A DNA stretch of 55,886 nt from Polyangiaceae bacterium (GCA_044222475.1 JBGANF010000042.1:1-55886); one strand, 5' to 3'. Counted from the stretch's first letter, positions 1 to 9,754 are shown. The notes: generated by a model not told the origin, from the letters alone. Translations and numbers: made by a program.

Positions 1-686
1 TCCTTCGAGCGCAGCGGCGCCGGCGGAAGGTCGACGCGCTTCACCACCGGCGCGTCGCTCGTCGCGCCGTCGATGCGATCCAGCGCCGCGGTCACGAGGT
101 GGCTGACCCACGCCGTGCCGTCGTCTCGGAGCACGACGCCTCGCGGCTCCCGCCCGACGTCGAGCGACCACTTCGTCTTCATCGCACCGAGGTCGACGCC
201 GGCGACACGGTGGGACCAGGCCGACGTCACGACCGCCGTCGCGCCGTCGGACGAGAGGGCGATGCCCCACGCATCGTAGGCCAGGACCGCGCGGCTCACC
301 TCGACGAGCGTCCCGTCGATCGGTCGCAGCTCGACGAGCAGCCCTCCCTCCCGTGCATCGCGGACGGTGACGTACAGACGATCGCCGTTCGCGACGAGCT
401 GCGCGGGGCGTCCGGGCATCGGGATCTTCGTCCCCGACTCCGGCAGGTACAGCGCCTGCGTGGGCTCGTCGGCGACGACGACCTTGCCGGCGACGAAGGC
501 GATCGACGAACCGGTGCGCACGCTCGGGACCGGAGCCGAAGCTCGAGGCTCCGTGAACGTCGGCGTCGGAGCCGCGGTAGAGACGACCGATGCGGGCACC
601 GCTGTCGTCTCGCTCGCGACCTCGCAGGAGGACGTCGACGCGAAGGCCAAGACGGCAGCCAGAACCGTGACGCGGAGCGAGCCCAT
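1..686 (-). CDS. Secreted/lipoprotein with YVTN-like beta-propeller repeats (5' part; runs off the window start)
   Basis: Manual translation from ATG at 686: MGSLRVTVLAAVLAFASTSSC...MPGRPAQLVANGDRLYVTVRD...AWGIALSSDGATAVVTSAWSHRV...VGREPRGVVL; open to position 1; not in the ORF track because it has no stop in the window. Confidence 0.7.
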   Translation of the reverse strand, partial: MGSLRVTVLAAVLAFASTSSCEVASETTAVPASVVSTAAPTPTFTEPRASAPVPSVRTGSSIAFVAGKVVVADEPTQALYLPESGTKIPMPGRPAQLVANGDRLYVTVRDAREGGLLVELRPIDGTLVEVSRAVLAYDAWGIALSSDGATAVVTSAWSHRVAGVDLGAMKTKWSLDVGREPRGVVLRDDGTAWVSHLVTAALDRIDGATSDAPVVKRVDLPPAPLRSK

Positions 687-735
687 GGTCCCTCGGAGAA
701 CGCTCGGCCGGGCGAGCCCGATTCCTGCCCCTCGC

Positions 736-1038
736 TCAATCGTCGCGCCGGCGCCCGCCCACCGAACGCGCGACGTGTTGCCGCGATGGAACCCCTAGTT
801 TCTCCAGCAACGACGCGACTTGATTGGCCACCGTTCGAACCGATGTACCGCGGGCCTCGGCGATCTGGGCGTTGGTCTTTCCCGCGGCGACCAGCTCGGC
901 GACGGCGCGCTCGGCCGGGGTCAACGCGACGCCCGCGCCGTCTTCGGCGGGCCAGCTGACGACGACGTACTGCTCGGCCCCGACGCGAAAGCGGGAGGCG
1001 CGTGCGGGCATGGCCGGCCGGCGTCGTCGGTCGGTCAT
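736..1038 (-). CDS. Small LuxR-type HTH transcriptional regulator (no receiver domain)
   Basis: LTPAERAVAELVAAGKTNAQIAEARGTSVRTVANQVASLLEKLGV is a LuxR C-terminal HTH; start uncertain (1038 or 1011). Confidence 0.85.
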   Translation of the reverse strand: MTDRRRRPAMPARASRFRVGAEQYVVVSWPAEDGAGVALTPAERAVAELVAAGKTNAQIAEARGTSVRTVANQVASLLEKLGVPSRQHVARSVGGRRRDD

Positions 1039-1153
1039 CGGTGGACCTCGGCGGAGGTTCTCGACGCGCTGGCGACGTCTTTCATCGTGACGAGCCCGAG
1101 CATAGGGGCACTCCGGCCCACGCGAGCGTTGGGCTAACAAATGACTACACGGG

Positions 1154-3433
1154 TCAATCGAGCATCGCCGGACTCGGCGGTTGCGTCTGGAAGGTCGCCA
1201 ACCGCTTGTCGGTGCACACGTCGCCGAAGCACGCCTGAGCAGTGAGGGACAGCATGCCGTCGAACACCAGGTGATGCACCGTGCCGGGCGCGCCGGGCTC
1301 CACCGTGGCGACCGACGCGCCGACGGACGTCGTGACGAGGATTCGTCCCTCGGCGACGATCCAGATCTCCGTCCGCGGCGAAGCGCCCTCAGTGAAGCGC
1401 TGGAAGAAGTGCTTCACCGACGGGATCGGGCTCGCGAGCACCGGCGCCCCGATGGTCGCACCAGCGAAGAAGTCGCTGACGAGCCCGGCGCGCGGAGGGA
1501 GCTGCCCAGCGCGGAGTAACGCCGCTACCAGAGGGTCGCCGTCGCCCCGCAGGACGGTCGCGCTCGCGCCGCGACGGGCACCTTGGTACGCGCCGCCCTC
1601 GGCGACCGCCGCACCGACGACGACGACGAGCTTCGCGCCGTCGCGTCGGACCACTGCGTCGCCGCACGACCAGCTGCCGTCCGGTGCGGACTCCGCTCCG
1701 ATCGGGAGGGTGACCGGGCCGAGCTCTGCGCCGGTCTCGGCGTCGTAGCGAACGCCGGGGGCCTTCGCCGGGCGGATCCAGAGCTCGCGCCCCACGAAGC
1801 GCGCGCGCCCCGCCGCCTTCACCGTCCACGACGGAGAGCCCGACCGCCCGAGCGAGACCACCGACACGCCGGTCGCCGAAGAGAACGCGGCGAGCCCTCC
1901 CTCGCCGAACGTGACGTCGGTTCCCTCCGCCGTCCACTCGCCGACGCGGGTCCCTCCACCATCGACGGCCACGATTGTACCATGTTGGGACACAAACGCC
2001 GGGTGCCCGCCAACGAACGAGCCGCGCAGGAGCCGGCCGGGCACGTCGAACGCCGGCGGCGCCGCGTCCGGAGAGGCGATGATCGCCCGCGCGACGACCC
2101 GCTCGCCCTTCTGGCCGAAGACGACTCCCGGCCGCGCGCGGTCGAAGGCGACCTGATCGACGCCGTCCCAGAAGAACGCAGCTTTTCCGGTGTCGGCCGA
2201 GTACAGCGACACGCGCGTCGCGTAGATCGCGGCCACGTACGCCCCGTCCGCACTGAACGCGAGCGACTTCACGCCGGGGTCGCCGAGCGAGATCGTCCGC
2301 TCGACCGGCGGCTCGTCGGCACCACCCAGGGTGACCACGTGCAGCGACACCACGTCACCGTCGAACGCGGCGCCGGACAGCGACGCCGCGCGGCGCCCGT
2401 TCGGGGCGATCGCCGGCATGGCGCCGAACAGCGGCGCCGGGTCCGACCCGTCCTTGGCGACGAGCGAGTACGTGGACCCGAGGAGCACGCCGGTCGTCGT
2501 GACGTGCGCGCTTCGAACGAGGCACGCGCTCCCGTCGTCGGCGAAGCGGCGCTCGATCGGCAGAGGCGGCGCGTCCTTCGGCGCCACGACGCTCCACTCG
2601 AGGCCGACCGTCTGCTCCTGCAGTGCCTGCACTCGAATGTCCTCGCCGCAATCGCCCTCGCCGCAGAACCCGCCGGCGCGGAAGAGCAGGTGGCCGAACG
2701 GATCGAGCCGGGCGATGCCGGTCCCCTCGTCGAACGACTCGGGCTTCGCGCCGACGCCGAAATGGAACATGCGAAAGCGTTCGCAGTCGACGAAGTGCGT
2801 CTTGCCGTCACACCACGCGTCGGGACCGTCGAGCTCCTCGACGACGACCTCGACCTTGGTCTCGCTGGCGAACGCCATGGACGCCGTGTCCGGCATCGGG
2901 CTGATCTCGCCGACCTCGACGGAAGCTCCGCCGAGCGCCGGCCATACGAAGACGAGCGAGCCACACAGCGCCGCGACGTGTTCGCCGCTCGTCGAGATCG
3001 CGACCGCGGCGGGTTTCCGCCAGCAACCGTCGTGGCGCGCGAGCACGCCGCCATCCGCTTCGACGACCACCGTCGACCCGTCGGTGCGGACGTGGCGACC
3101 GGCGGCGTGACCGACGTGGGACATCCACTCGTCGCAGACCGCGCGCGCGACGTCGCCGCGGTACGCACCGGTGGTGACGTCCCAGACGTCGCATCGATCC
3201 TTGCTCCGCTTCCCGACGAGCGCGCCCGAGGGCTCGAACGCATCGGGGAGGCCGACGAGGGGCTTCTGCGGAACCACCGTCAACGCGACCCCGGCGTCGC
3301 TGGGCGAAGCGTCGACGATCGGGGTCGTCGCGACCGCGGCGCTCGCTGCTGGCGCTGCACGCTCGCCCTCGGCCGCACGGCCACACGCCACGACCGCGGC
3401 CATCGAGATCCCCACGAGTATGCGCCACCTCAC
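1154..3433 (-). CDS. Large lipoprotein with WD40-like beta-propeller repeats
   Basis: Lipobox-like AVVAC; repeats such as AVAISTSGEHVAA, AIAPNGRRAA, SLAFSADGAYVAA. Confidence 0.65.
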   Translation of the reverse strand: MRWRILVGISMAAVVACGRAAEGERAAPAASAAVATTPIVDASPSDAGVALTVVPQKPLVGLPDAFEPSGALVGKRSKDRCDVWDVTTGAYRGDVARAVCDEWMSHVGHAAGRHVRTDGSTVVVEADGGVLARHDGCWRKPAAVAISTSGEHVAALCGSLVFVWPALGGASVEVGEISPMPDTASMAFASETKVEVVVEELDGPDAWCDGKTHFVDCERFRMFHFGVGAKPESFDEGTGIARLDPFGHLLFRAGGFCGEGDCGEDIRVQALQEQTVGLEWSVVAPKDAPPLPIERRFADDGSACLVRSAHVTTTGVLLGSTYSLVAKDGSDPAPLFGAMPAIAPNGRRAASLSGAAFDGDVVSLHVVTLGGADEPPVERTISLGDPGVKSLAFSADGAYVAAIYATRVSLYSADTGKAAFFWDGVDQVAFDRARPGVVFGQKGERVVARAIIASPDAAPPAFDVPGRLLRGSFVGGHPAFVSQHGTIVAVDGGGTRVGEWTAEGTDVTFGEGGLAAFSSATGVSVVSLGRSGSPSWTVKAAGRARFVGRELWIRPAKAPGVRYDAETGAELGPVTLPIGAESAPDGSWSCGDAVVRRDGAKLVVVVGAAVAEGGAYQGARRGASATVLRGDGDPLVAALLRAGQLPPRAGLVSDFFAGATIGAPVLASPIPSVKHFFQRFTEGASPRTEIWIVAEGRILVTTSVGASVATVEPGAPGTVHHLVFDGMLSLTAQACFGDVCTDKRLATFQTQPPSPAMLD

Positions 3434-3510
3434 GCCGGAAAAACGCCCCGCGCACGCTGCCACTTCCCACCCTCGACAACGTGGTCCGTCCCATGGTTTG
3501 GTCGCTCGAA

Positions 3511-4697
3511 ATGACGGATCCGATCGTGATCGTGGGCGCGAGCCTCGCCGGCGGGCGCGCCGCCGAGTACCTCCGAAGGCAGGCGTTCGACGGCCCCATC
3601 GTCCTCGTCGGGGCCGAGCCGCACCTGCCCTACGATCGCCCTCCCCTCTCGAAGAAGTTCCTCCGCGGCCAGCTCCCCGAGGACAAGCTCTTCTTCCGCG
3701 CGCCGTCCTACTACGAGGAGCATCGGGTCGAGCTCGCGCTCGGAGTGCGCGCCACGCGCCTCGTTCCCGCCCAGCAGTCGATCGTCTTGTCCGACGGTCG
3801 CACCTTGAAATACGGGGAGCTGCTCATCGCGACCGGAGCGCGCGCGCGCAAGCTCGGGTGCGAAGGCGCCGACCTCGCGAACGTGTTCGTCATGCGCACC
3901 CTCGACGACTCGAAGGCGCTCCACGCCGTGATCCGGCCTGACGCGCGCATCGTCGTCGTCGGCGCCGGCGTCATCGGCGCCGAGGTCGCAGCGGCGTGCC
4001 GCGAGGAAGGTTGCGCCGTCACGATGCTCGAAGCGGAGAAGCTCCCCCTCGTACGCGCCTTCGGCCGCGAGATCGGCGCGCTCTACGCGGACATCCATCG
4101 GGAGCACGGCGTCGACCTGCGCCTCGGTGTCACGGCGACGCGGTTCGTCGGCGAAGCCGGCAAGGTGACCGCGGTCGAGCTATCGGACGGCTCCACGGTC
4201 GCGTGCGACGCCGTCGTCGTCGGCATCGGCATCGTCCCCGACACCGAGTGGCTCGAAGGATCCGGCGTGAAGACCGACCGTGGAGTCCTCGTCGACGTCC
4301 ACTGCCGCACGAACGTCGAGCACGTGTGGGCCGCCGGCGACGCGACCCGCTTCTGGAGCGACGCAGCCTCTGCGTACGTCGCGGTCGAGAGCGTCGACAA
4401 CGCTCAGATGATGGCTGCGGTCTCTGGTCGGATCAGTACGACCTCAAGCTCCAGTCGGTCGGGTTCGTCGGCGAGTTCGATCGCGTCGTGTACCGCGGAA
4501 GTACGGCGAAAAACGAGGCCGGCAAGCGCGCGTTCGCGGCGTTCCACGTCAAGGGAAACGAGATCGCATTCTTCGTCGGCGTGAACCGATTGAAGGAGAT
4601 GGCGGCGGCGAAGCGCCTCATCGGTGCGCGCGCGGCCGTGACCGACGCCCAGCTCGCCGACGAGGCCTTCAGCCTCGCGTCGATCGTCACGCCGTGA
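3511..4697 (+). pseudogene. FAD-dependent NAD(P)H:ferredoxin reductase-like oxidoreductase, frameshifted near 4422
   Basis: GASLAG, PYDRPPLSK, LLIATG, GAGVIGAE, WAAGD in one frame; the C-terminal WSDQYDLKLQSVG...GVN part is in another frame; the segment normally between ...NAQMMAAV and (F)WSDQ is missing. Confidence 0.75.
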
Positions 4698-6129
4698 GCG
4701 ACGCGCGCTCGATCGCCCGCACGGTCTCGGCCGTTCGTTCGAGCTCGTCGTGGGCGAGCCCGTCGACCCATGCCGCCACCTCGGACGTCGTGGCCACCCC
4801 CATCGCTTCGACCGCGCGCGCCATCTCGGCGGCAGTCGCGAAGCGATCCTCGGGCTTCGGCGACAGCGCACGGAGCACGATCGCGTCCCACCGTGGATCG
4901 AGGCCAGGTACGCGCGAGCTCGGTGCCGGGCCGCCCCCGCGCGCCGCCTCCATCAAGCCGGTGTTCGGCCCGCGCAGACGATCTCCCGTGAGCATCTCCC
5001 AGAGGACGATCCCAGCGGCGAACACGTCCGTGCGGCGATCGACCGGGTCGCTCGTGATCTGCTCCGGCGCCATGTAGGTGAACTTTCCTTTGAGCGCGCC
5101 CTGCTTGGTCGCATGGAGCCTGCCCACCGCTTTGGCGACCCCGAAGTCGATCAAGCGCGCGGTGCCGTCCTTGCCCACGATCACGTTCGACGGAGACACG
5201 TCGCGGTGCACGAGGTTCATCGGGTCGCCGGTCTCGGTCCGCGCCTCGTGCGCTGCGTGGAGACCGTGGAGCACCCCGGCGACGACGCTCGCGACGATCG
5301 CCGTCGGCACCGCCGCCTTGGACCGCCGCATGAGCTCGTGAAGGGTGACACCGTGCACGTACTCGAGGACCAGCAGGAGCTCTTCGTCGTCGAAGACGAC
5401 GTCGAGCGTCGCCCCCACGTTGGGGTGGTGGATCCTCGCCGCCATCCGCGCTTCGTCGATCATCATCTCGGCGAACGCGGGCTGATCGACGAGGTGCGGG
5501 TGGAGTCGCTTGATCGCCACCGTGCGCGAGAACCCACCCTCGCCGAGGAGTCGACCGAGGTGAACGCTCCCCATCCCACCCGAGGCGAGGCGGGTGAACA
5601 GCGCGTACCGCCCGAGGCGCACGGGCGCGGTGACGTCTTCGCGCTCGGTGTCCACCTGAGCAGCGTTCGCTGCCCGGCCGCGGGCGAGCATGTCGACCGC
5701 GCGTAGCGCCTCGTCTCGGTGCTTCGCGACCGACAGATCGTCCTTGAGCGCGAGGACGACCGTCATCGTCGGGTCGACGACGAACGTCGCTCGATGGGCG
5801 ACCTTGAGAATCGGCCAGAGCACGCCGAACGCCTTGGAGATCTTCCCATCGGCGTCGGCGATCATCGGAAACGGAGCGCGCACGTCGGCGGCGAACTTGC
5901 ACTGTGTCGTGTGGTCGTCGGTGCTGATCCCGACGACCCGCGCCCCGGCAAGCAGAAGCTCGACGTGGTCCTTGCCGAAGAGCTTGGCCTCCGCCGTACA
6001 ACCAGGCGTGAACGCCTTGGGAAAGAAGTACACGACGGTGCAGCGAGCGGGCGAGCGGGAGAGCACGAAGCGCTCGCCGTTCGTTGCGACGGCGTCGATC
6101 TCCGGTGCGATCTCGCCGACCTTCAACAT
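4687..6129 (-). CDS. Peroxiredoxin (BCP/PrxQ, AhpC-TSA) - Ser/Thr protein kinase fusion
   Basis: N-term YFFPKAFTPGCTAE (PxxxTxxC), VVGISTD, HRATFVVD; C-term LASGGMGSV, AIKRL, HRDVSPSN, DFG, GKFTYMAPE, DVFAAG; one uninterrupted 480-aa ORF. Confidence 0.9.
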   Translation of the reverse strand: MLKVGEIAPEIDAVATNGERFVLSRSPARCTVVYFFPKAFTPGCTAEAKLFGKDHVELLLAGARVVGISTDDHTTQCKFAADVRAPFPMIADADGKISKAFGVLWPILKVAHRATFVVDPTMTVVLALKDDLSVAKHRDEALRAVDMLARGRAANAAQVDTEREDVTAPVRLGRYALFTRLASGGMGSVHLGRLLGEGGFSRTVAIKRLHPHLVDQPAFAEMMIDEARMAARIHHPNVGATLDVVFDDEELLLVLEYVHGVTLHELMRRSKAAVPTAIVASVVAGVLHGLHAAHEARTETGDPMNLVHRDVSPSNVIVGKDGTARLIDFGVAKAVGRLHATKQGALKGKFTYMAPEQITSDPVDRRTDVFAAGIVLWEMLTGDRLRGPNTGLMEAARGGGPAPSSRVPGLDPRWDAIVLRALSPKPEDRFATAAEMARAVEAMGVATTSEVAAWVDGLAHDELERTAETVRAIERASLTA

Positions 6130-6182
6130 GCGACCATGATGGCACGACTTCGCGAAGGCGCGCGCCCTGCTACACTGGCTGC

Positions 6183-7013
6183 ATGAGATGGGCGCTCTTG
6201 CTTGGCCTGCTTCTAGCGCTGGATGGCTGCTCGACCGACACCTTCGTCGACCCGACCGACGGTGCCACGAGCGACGGACCGGCCGACGGTCCCATCGCCG
6301 ACGCAGCGGCGGTCCCGATCCGAATCGAGAACGCGACGTCGACCATCGTCACGACGGGCGCCGACCCCGTGTCGACGATCACCCCTACGCCGACGCCTGG
6401 TAATGCAGTCATCGTCGCGATCACCTGCTTCTCCGAGGTCGACCAGTGCACGATCCCGGCGACGGGCGTGACCGACAACCAGGGCAACACCTACCGCCGC
6501 GTCGTCGAGGGCTCGGCGATCACGTCGCAGCCTGGACACGGATCGCGCGGCTACATCTTCATCGCCGAGAGCGTCGGACCGTCCACTGGGCCGTTCACGA
6601 TCCGCATCGACGCCAACGGCGCTCCCGACGCGAACGTCCAAGACTTCGTCTGGGGCGTGCTCGAGGTCTCCGGCCTCGCGACGTCGAACACGGTGGACAA
6701 GACCGGGTACACCCCGATGCTCTGCTGCGACGCATCGACGACGGTCTCCACCTCCGGCCCCACGACCCAGGCGAACGAGCTCGCGGTCGCGGTGCACTCG
6801 CTGCGAACGAACACCGGCTCCTCGAACATCGGGCACGAGCCCACGTGGGACGAACACCACGTGCACGTCAACGCAAGCTCGAGTGGCACGCCCCACTCGA
6901 CGGTCAGCAAGATCCTGCAGGTGTCCGGGATCGTGAGCCACACGTGGACCCACGTCGTCCCGTCGCGCGGCACGTCGGCGGTGATCGCGACGTTCAAAGG
7001 CAGAACCCCCTGA
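6183..7013 (+). CDS. Lipoprotein of unknown function, Thr/Ser-rich beta-sandwich-like
   Basis: MRWALLLGLLLALDGC signal/lipobox; DG/DA linker; first gene of a three-gene run. Confidence 0.7.
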   Translation: MRWALLLGLLLALDGCSTDTFVDPTDGATSDGPADGPIADAAAVPIRIENATSTIVTTGADPVSTITPTPTPGNAVIVAITCFSEVDQCTIPATGVTDNQGNTYRRVVEGSAITSQPGHGSRGYIFIAESVGPSTGPFTIRIDANGAPDANVQDFVWGVLEVSGLATSNTVDKTGYTPMLCCDASTTVSTSGPTTQANELAVAVHSLRTNTGSSNIGHEPTWDEHHVHVNASSSGTPHSTVSKILQVSGIVSHTWTHVVPSRGTSAVIATFKGRTP

Positions 7014-7015
7014 CC

Positions 7016-8065
7016 GTGCGCGCCTCGCTCGCTCTCTTCTCACTCTCGCTCTTCGTGCTTCCTGCGTGCGGGCACCGAGCGCCTCCCGCCGCGGTGACCC
7101 CCCTCGCGGCGGCGACGCCGGCCGCGTACCCTGAGCCGTGCATGGATGACGCGCCGATCGCCGGGCTCACCGCCCGCCCGTTTCGCCATCACGGCTCCTC
7201 GCTCGTCCGCTCGCTCGGCTCCGCGCGCCACCGCGGGCGCGACCGCTTCCTCCGGCCGGGCGACGCCCAGGTCGTGCTCGCGAAGTTCGCCTACGGAATG
7301 CTCGACAAAGATCTGAAGGACGAGGAGGTCGACGTCTTCGTCCGTAGGGGCTGCGCTGGCGACTGGGAGAAGCTCGGCACCGCGACGACGACCACCGACG
7401 AGACCCATCACCCACCAGTCGAAGGCGTCGAGGACCGTGGGGGTCAGGTGTTCTTCAAGATCCCCGACGCGCTCACGCTCGACATCGGGCGTCACGTCCT
7501 TCGGCTCGTCGTAGCCGGAGATCTCACGTCGACCGAAGTGCTCTTCGAGATCGTGAGCCCGGGCACGCCGCTCTTCGTGAGCGACGTGGACGGTACGCTC
7601 ACCAGCTCCGAGAACGCCGAGGCGCTCAAGGTGCTCGAAGGGAAGATCCCCGACGCCCACCCGGGAGCGGCCGAGGCCCTTCGGATTCTGACCCAGAAAG
7701 GGTACCGGCCGATGTACCTCACGGCGCGACCCGAGCTGCTCGTCCAGCGGACGCGCGCCTTCCTGCGAGCGCACGGGTTTCCGCTCGGGATCGTGCACAC
7801 CTCGCCCGCGACGTTCGGCGCGGGGGTCGGCGCTTCGGCGGCGGCGTTCAAGAAAGGGGAGCTCGCGGCGCTCGCCGCGCTCGGGCTCAAGCCGAGCTTC
7901 GGCTTCGGCAACATGCCGAGCGATTCGGACGCCTACGACGCGGCCGGCATCGACGAGTCGCGTCGCATCTTCTATCGCATCGACGGGGCCTACAAAGGCC
8001 GACGGATCGAGAGCTACGACGACTTGCGCGCCGACTTCGCCGCGCTCCCCGACGCGCATCCGTGA
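7016..8065 (+). CDS. Lipoprotein with LNS2/lipin-like HAD phosphatase domain (PITP C-terminal-like)
   Basis: GTG start, lipobox LPAC; AKFAYGMLDKDLKDEEVD; HAD motifs VSDVDGTLT, YLTARP, FKK, GFGNMPSDSDAY. Confidence 0.8.
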   Translation: MRASLALFSLSLFVLPACGHRAPPAAVTPLAAATPAAYPEPCMDDAPIAGLTARPFRHHGSSLVRSLGSARHRGRDRFLRPGDAQVVLAKFAYGMLDKDLKDEEVDVFVRRGCAGDWEKLGTATTTTDETHHPPVEGVEDRGGQVFFKIPDALTLDIGRHVLRLVVAGDLTSTEVLFEIVSPGTPLFVSDVDGTLTSSENAEALKVLEGKIPDAHPGAAEALRILTQKGYRPMYLTARPELLVQRTRAFLRAHGFPLGIVHTSPATFGAGVGASAAAFKKGELAALAALGLKPSFGFGNMPSDSDAYDAAGIDESRRIFYRIDGAYKGRRIESYDDLRADFAALPDAHP

Positions 8066-9009
8066 ACGAAGCGCTCCACGCCCCCCCGCGCGTCTCGACC
8101 GCGCTCGCTCTCTGGCGCCTCTCGCGCCCGAGCTTCTCGTTCTGGCTGCTCGGGGTTCCGATGATCGGCTACGGGTTCGCGCACTGGGACCGCGCGCTGC
8201 CGGCGCGCAACGCGGCGGCGATCCCTTGGCTGCTCGCGAGCTGGTACTTGCTGTCCGCGGCGACCTTGTGGCTCAACGCCGCGCTCGACGAGGACGAGGG
8301 CGGTGCGCTCTTCGCCGCCAAGACCCCGCGACCGAAGCGCGTCGACCTCTGGGGCTACGGCGGCCTCGCCCTGTCGGTCGCGCTGGCCGCCATGGCCGGC
8401 CGCGGCGTCCTCGCCGCGTGCGCCGTCTGCGCGGTGATGTCGGTCTTCTACTCGCACCCGAAGACGATGTGGAAGGGTCATCCCATTTTGGGACCGATGG
8501 TGAACGTCGTCGGCTACGGCGTGCTGTCGATGCTCGCCGGCTGGTGGATCGCCGACGTGCGGATGAACCTGCGCACCGTTCTGTCGTTCGCGATGCTCTC
8601 CCTGTGGATCCTCGGGATCTTCTTCGCCGCCCAAGCGTTCCAGCACGACGACGACGCGCGCCGCGGCTACCGCACGATGGTCGTGACCCACGGTCCGGCC
8701 GGGGCGCTCCGGGCGGGGCGCATCTGCATGACGACCGCGACGCTCGGCTTCTTCGTGCTCGCCGCGATCGGCTTCTTTCCGCGCGCCTGCCTCTTCTCGC
8801 TGCCGTTCTTCTTCGTCGCCGATCGTCACATGGCGCGCTGGCAACGCGAGCCCGGCGGCGGCACGGCGAAGTGGGCGAACGGCTACGTGAAGCGCGTGCT
8901 CTTCGCCGCGATCGCGACGCTCGCGTTCGCGTACGTGGACTACTTCCGCGCATACGAGAACGGCGAAGCGGTCTGCGGCCTCGGGACGGCGGCAGGGCGG
9001 CCGGACTAG
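8062..9009 (+). CDS. UbiA-family intramembrane prenyltransferase
   Basis: Multiple TM helices; LSRP near N-term; Asp-rich motifs NAALDEDEG and QHDDDARRGYRT; YSHP..WKGHP; GTGA overlap with upstream gene. Confidence 0.8.
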   Translation: MNEALHAPPRVSTALALWRLSRPSFSFWLLGVPMIGYGFAHWDRALPARNAAAIPWLLASWYLLSAATLWLNAALDEDEGGALFAAKTPRPKRVDLWGYGGLALSVALAAMAGRGVLAACAVCAVMSVFYSHPKTMWKGHPILGPMVNVVGYGVLSMLAGWWIADVRMNLRTVLSFAMLSLWILGIFFAAQAFQHDDDARRGYRTMVVTHGPAGALRAGRICMTTATLGFFVLAAIGFFPRACLFSLPFFFVADRHMARWQREPGGGTAKWANGYVKRVLFAAIATLAFAYVDYFRAYENGEAVCGLGTAAGRPD

Positions 9010-9013
9010 GGCT

Positions 9014-9754
9014 CTAGGCGTCCACTGCGACCGCGACGTCGTGCTGGGCCATGCGCCCGGAGAGACGCGCGAGGTCGTCGGGGGACGGCGGCGCGACGGA
9101 TCGCAACGCGGGCTCGAGGCCCAACGCGGCGTACTTGCCGAGGTACATGCGCTGGTACGGGACGACGCGCAGCTCGTGCACGCCGAGTCGGACCAAGAAC
9201 TGCGCTAGCCGGTCGAGGTTCGCGTCGCCGTCGTTGATGCCCGGCACGACGGGCATCCGAAACTGGACCACCGCGCCCTGCTCGATCAGGAACGCTGCGT
9301 TCTCGAGGATGCGCTCGTTCCCCGCACCGGTGAGACTGCGGTGACGGCCGGAGTCCATGTGCTTGAGATCGAACTGGAAGAGGTCCACCAGGCCGAGCAC
9401 GGCGGAGAGATTCGACCGAGGCACCGCACCGGCGGTCTGGACGCAGGTGTGGAGCCCGTGGCGCTTCGCCTCCTCGAGCAGCGCACGCGCGGGGCCGACG
9501 TGCAAGAGCGGCTCGCCGCCGGACAACGTGAGCCCGCCGCCGCTGACGGCGTAGTAGTCGCGATCCTTCAGGACCTCGGCGATGACGGCCTCCGGCGTCA
9601 TCGCCGGCGCGACGCCGCTCTGGAACGCCTCCGGGTTTTGGCACCACGCGCAGCGGAGGGAGCAGCCCTCGAGGAACACCGTGGTGCGGATGCCCGGACC
9701 ATCGTGGATGGAGAACCGCTGCACGTCGAAGACGCGGCAGGCGGTGTCGTTCAC
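9014..9754 (-). CDS. Glycyl-radical enzyme activating enzyme (radical SAM)
   Basis: FSIHDGPGIRTTVFLEGCSLRCAWCQNPE (CX3CX2C), SGGEP, FDLKHMD; GTG start overlaps the GRE stop. Confidence 0.93.
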   Translation of the reverse strand: MNDTACRVFDVQRFSIHDGPGIRTTVFLEGCSLRCAWCQNPEAFQSGVAPAMTPEAVIAEVLKDRDYYAVSGGGLTLSGGEPLLHVGPARALLEEAKRHGLHTCVQTAGAVPRSNLSAVLGLVDLFQFDLKHMDSGRHRSLTGAGNERILENAAFLIEQGAVVQFRMPVVPGINDGDANLDRLAQFLVRLGVHELRVVPYQRMYLGKYAALGLEPALRSVAPPSPDDLARLSGRMAQHDVAVAVDA

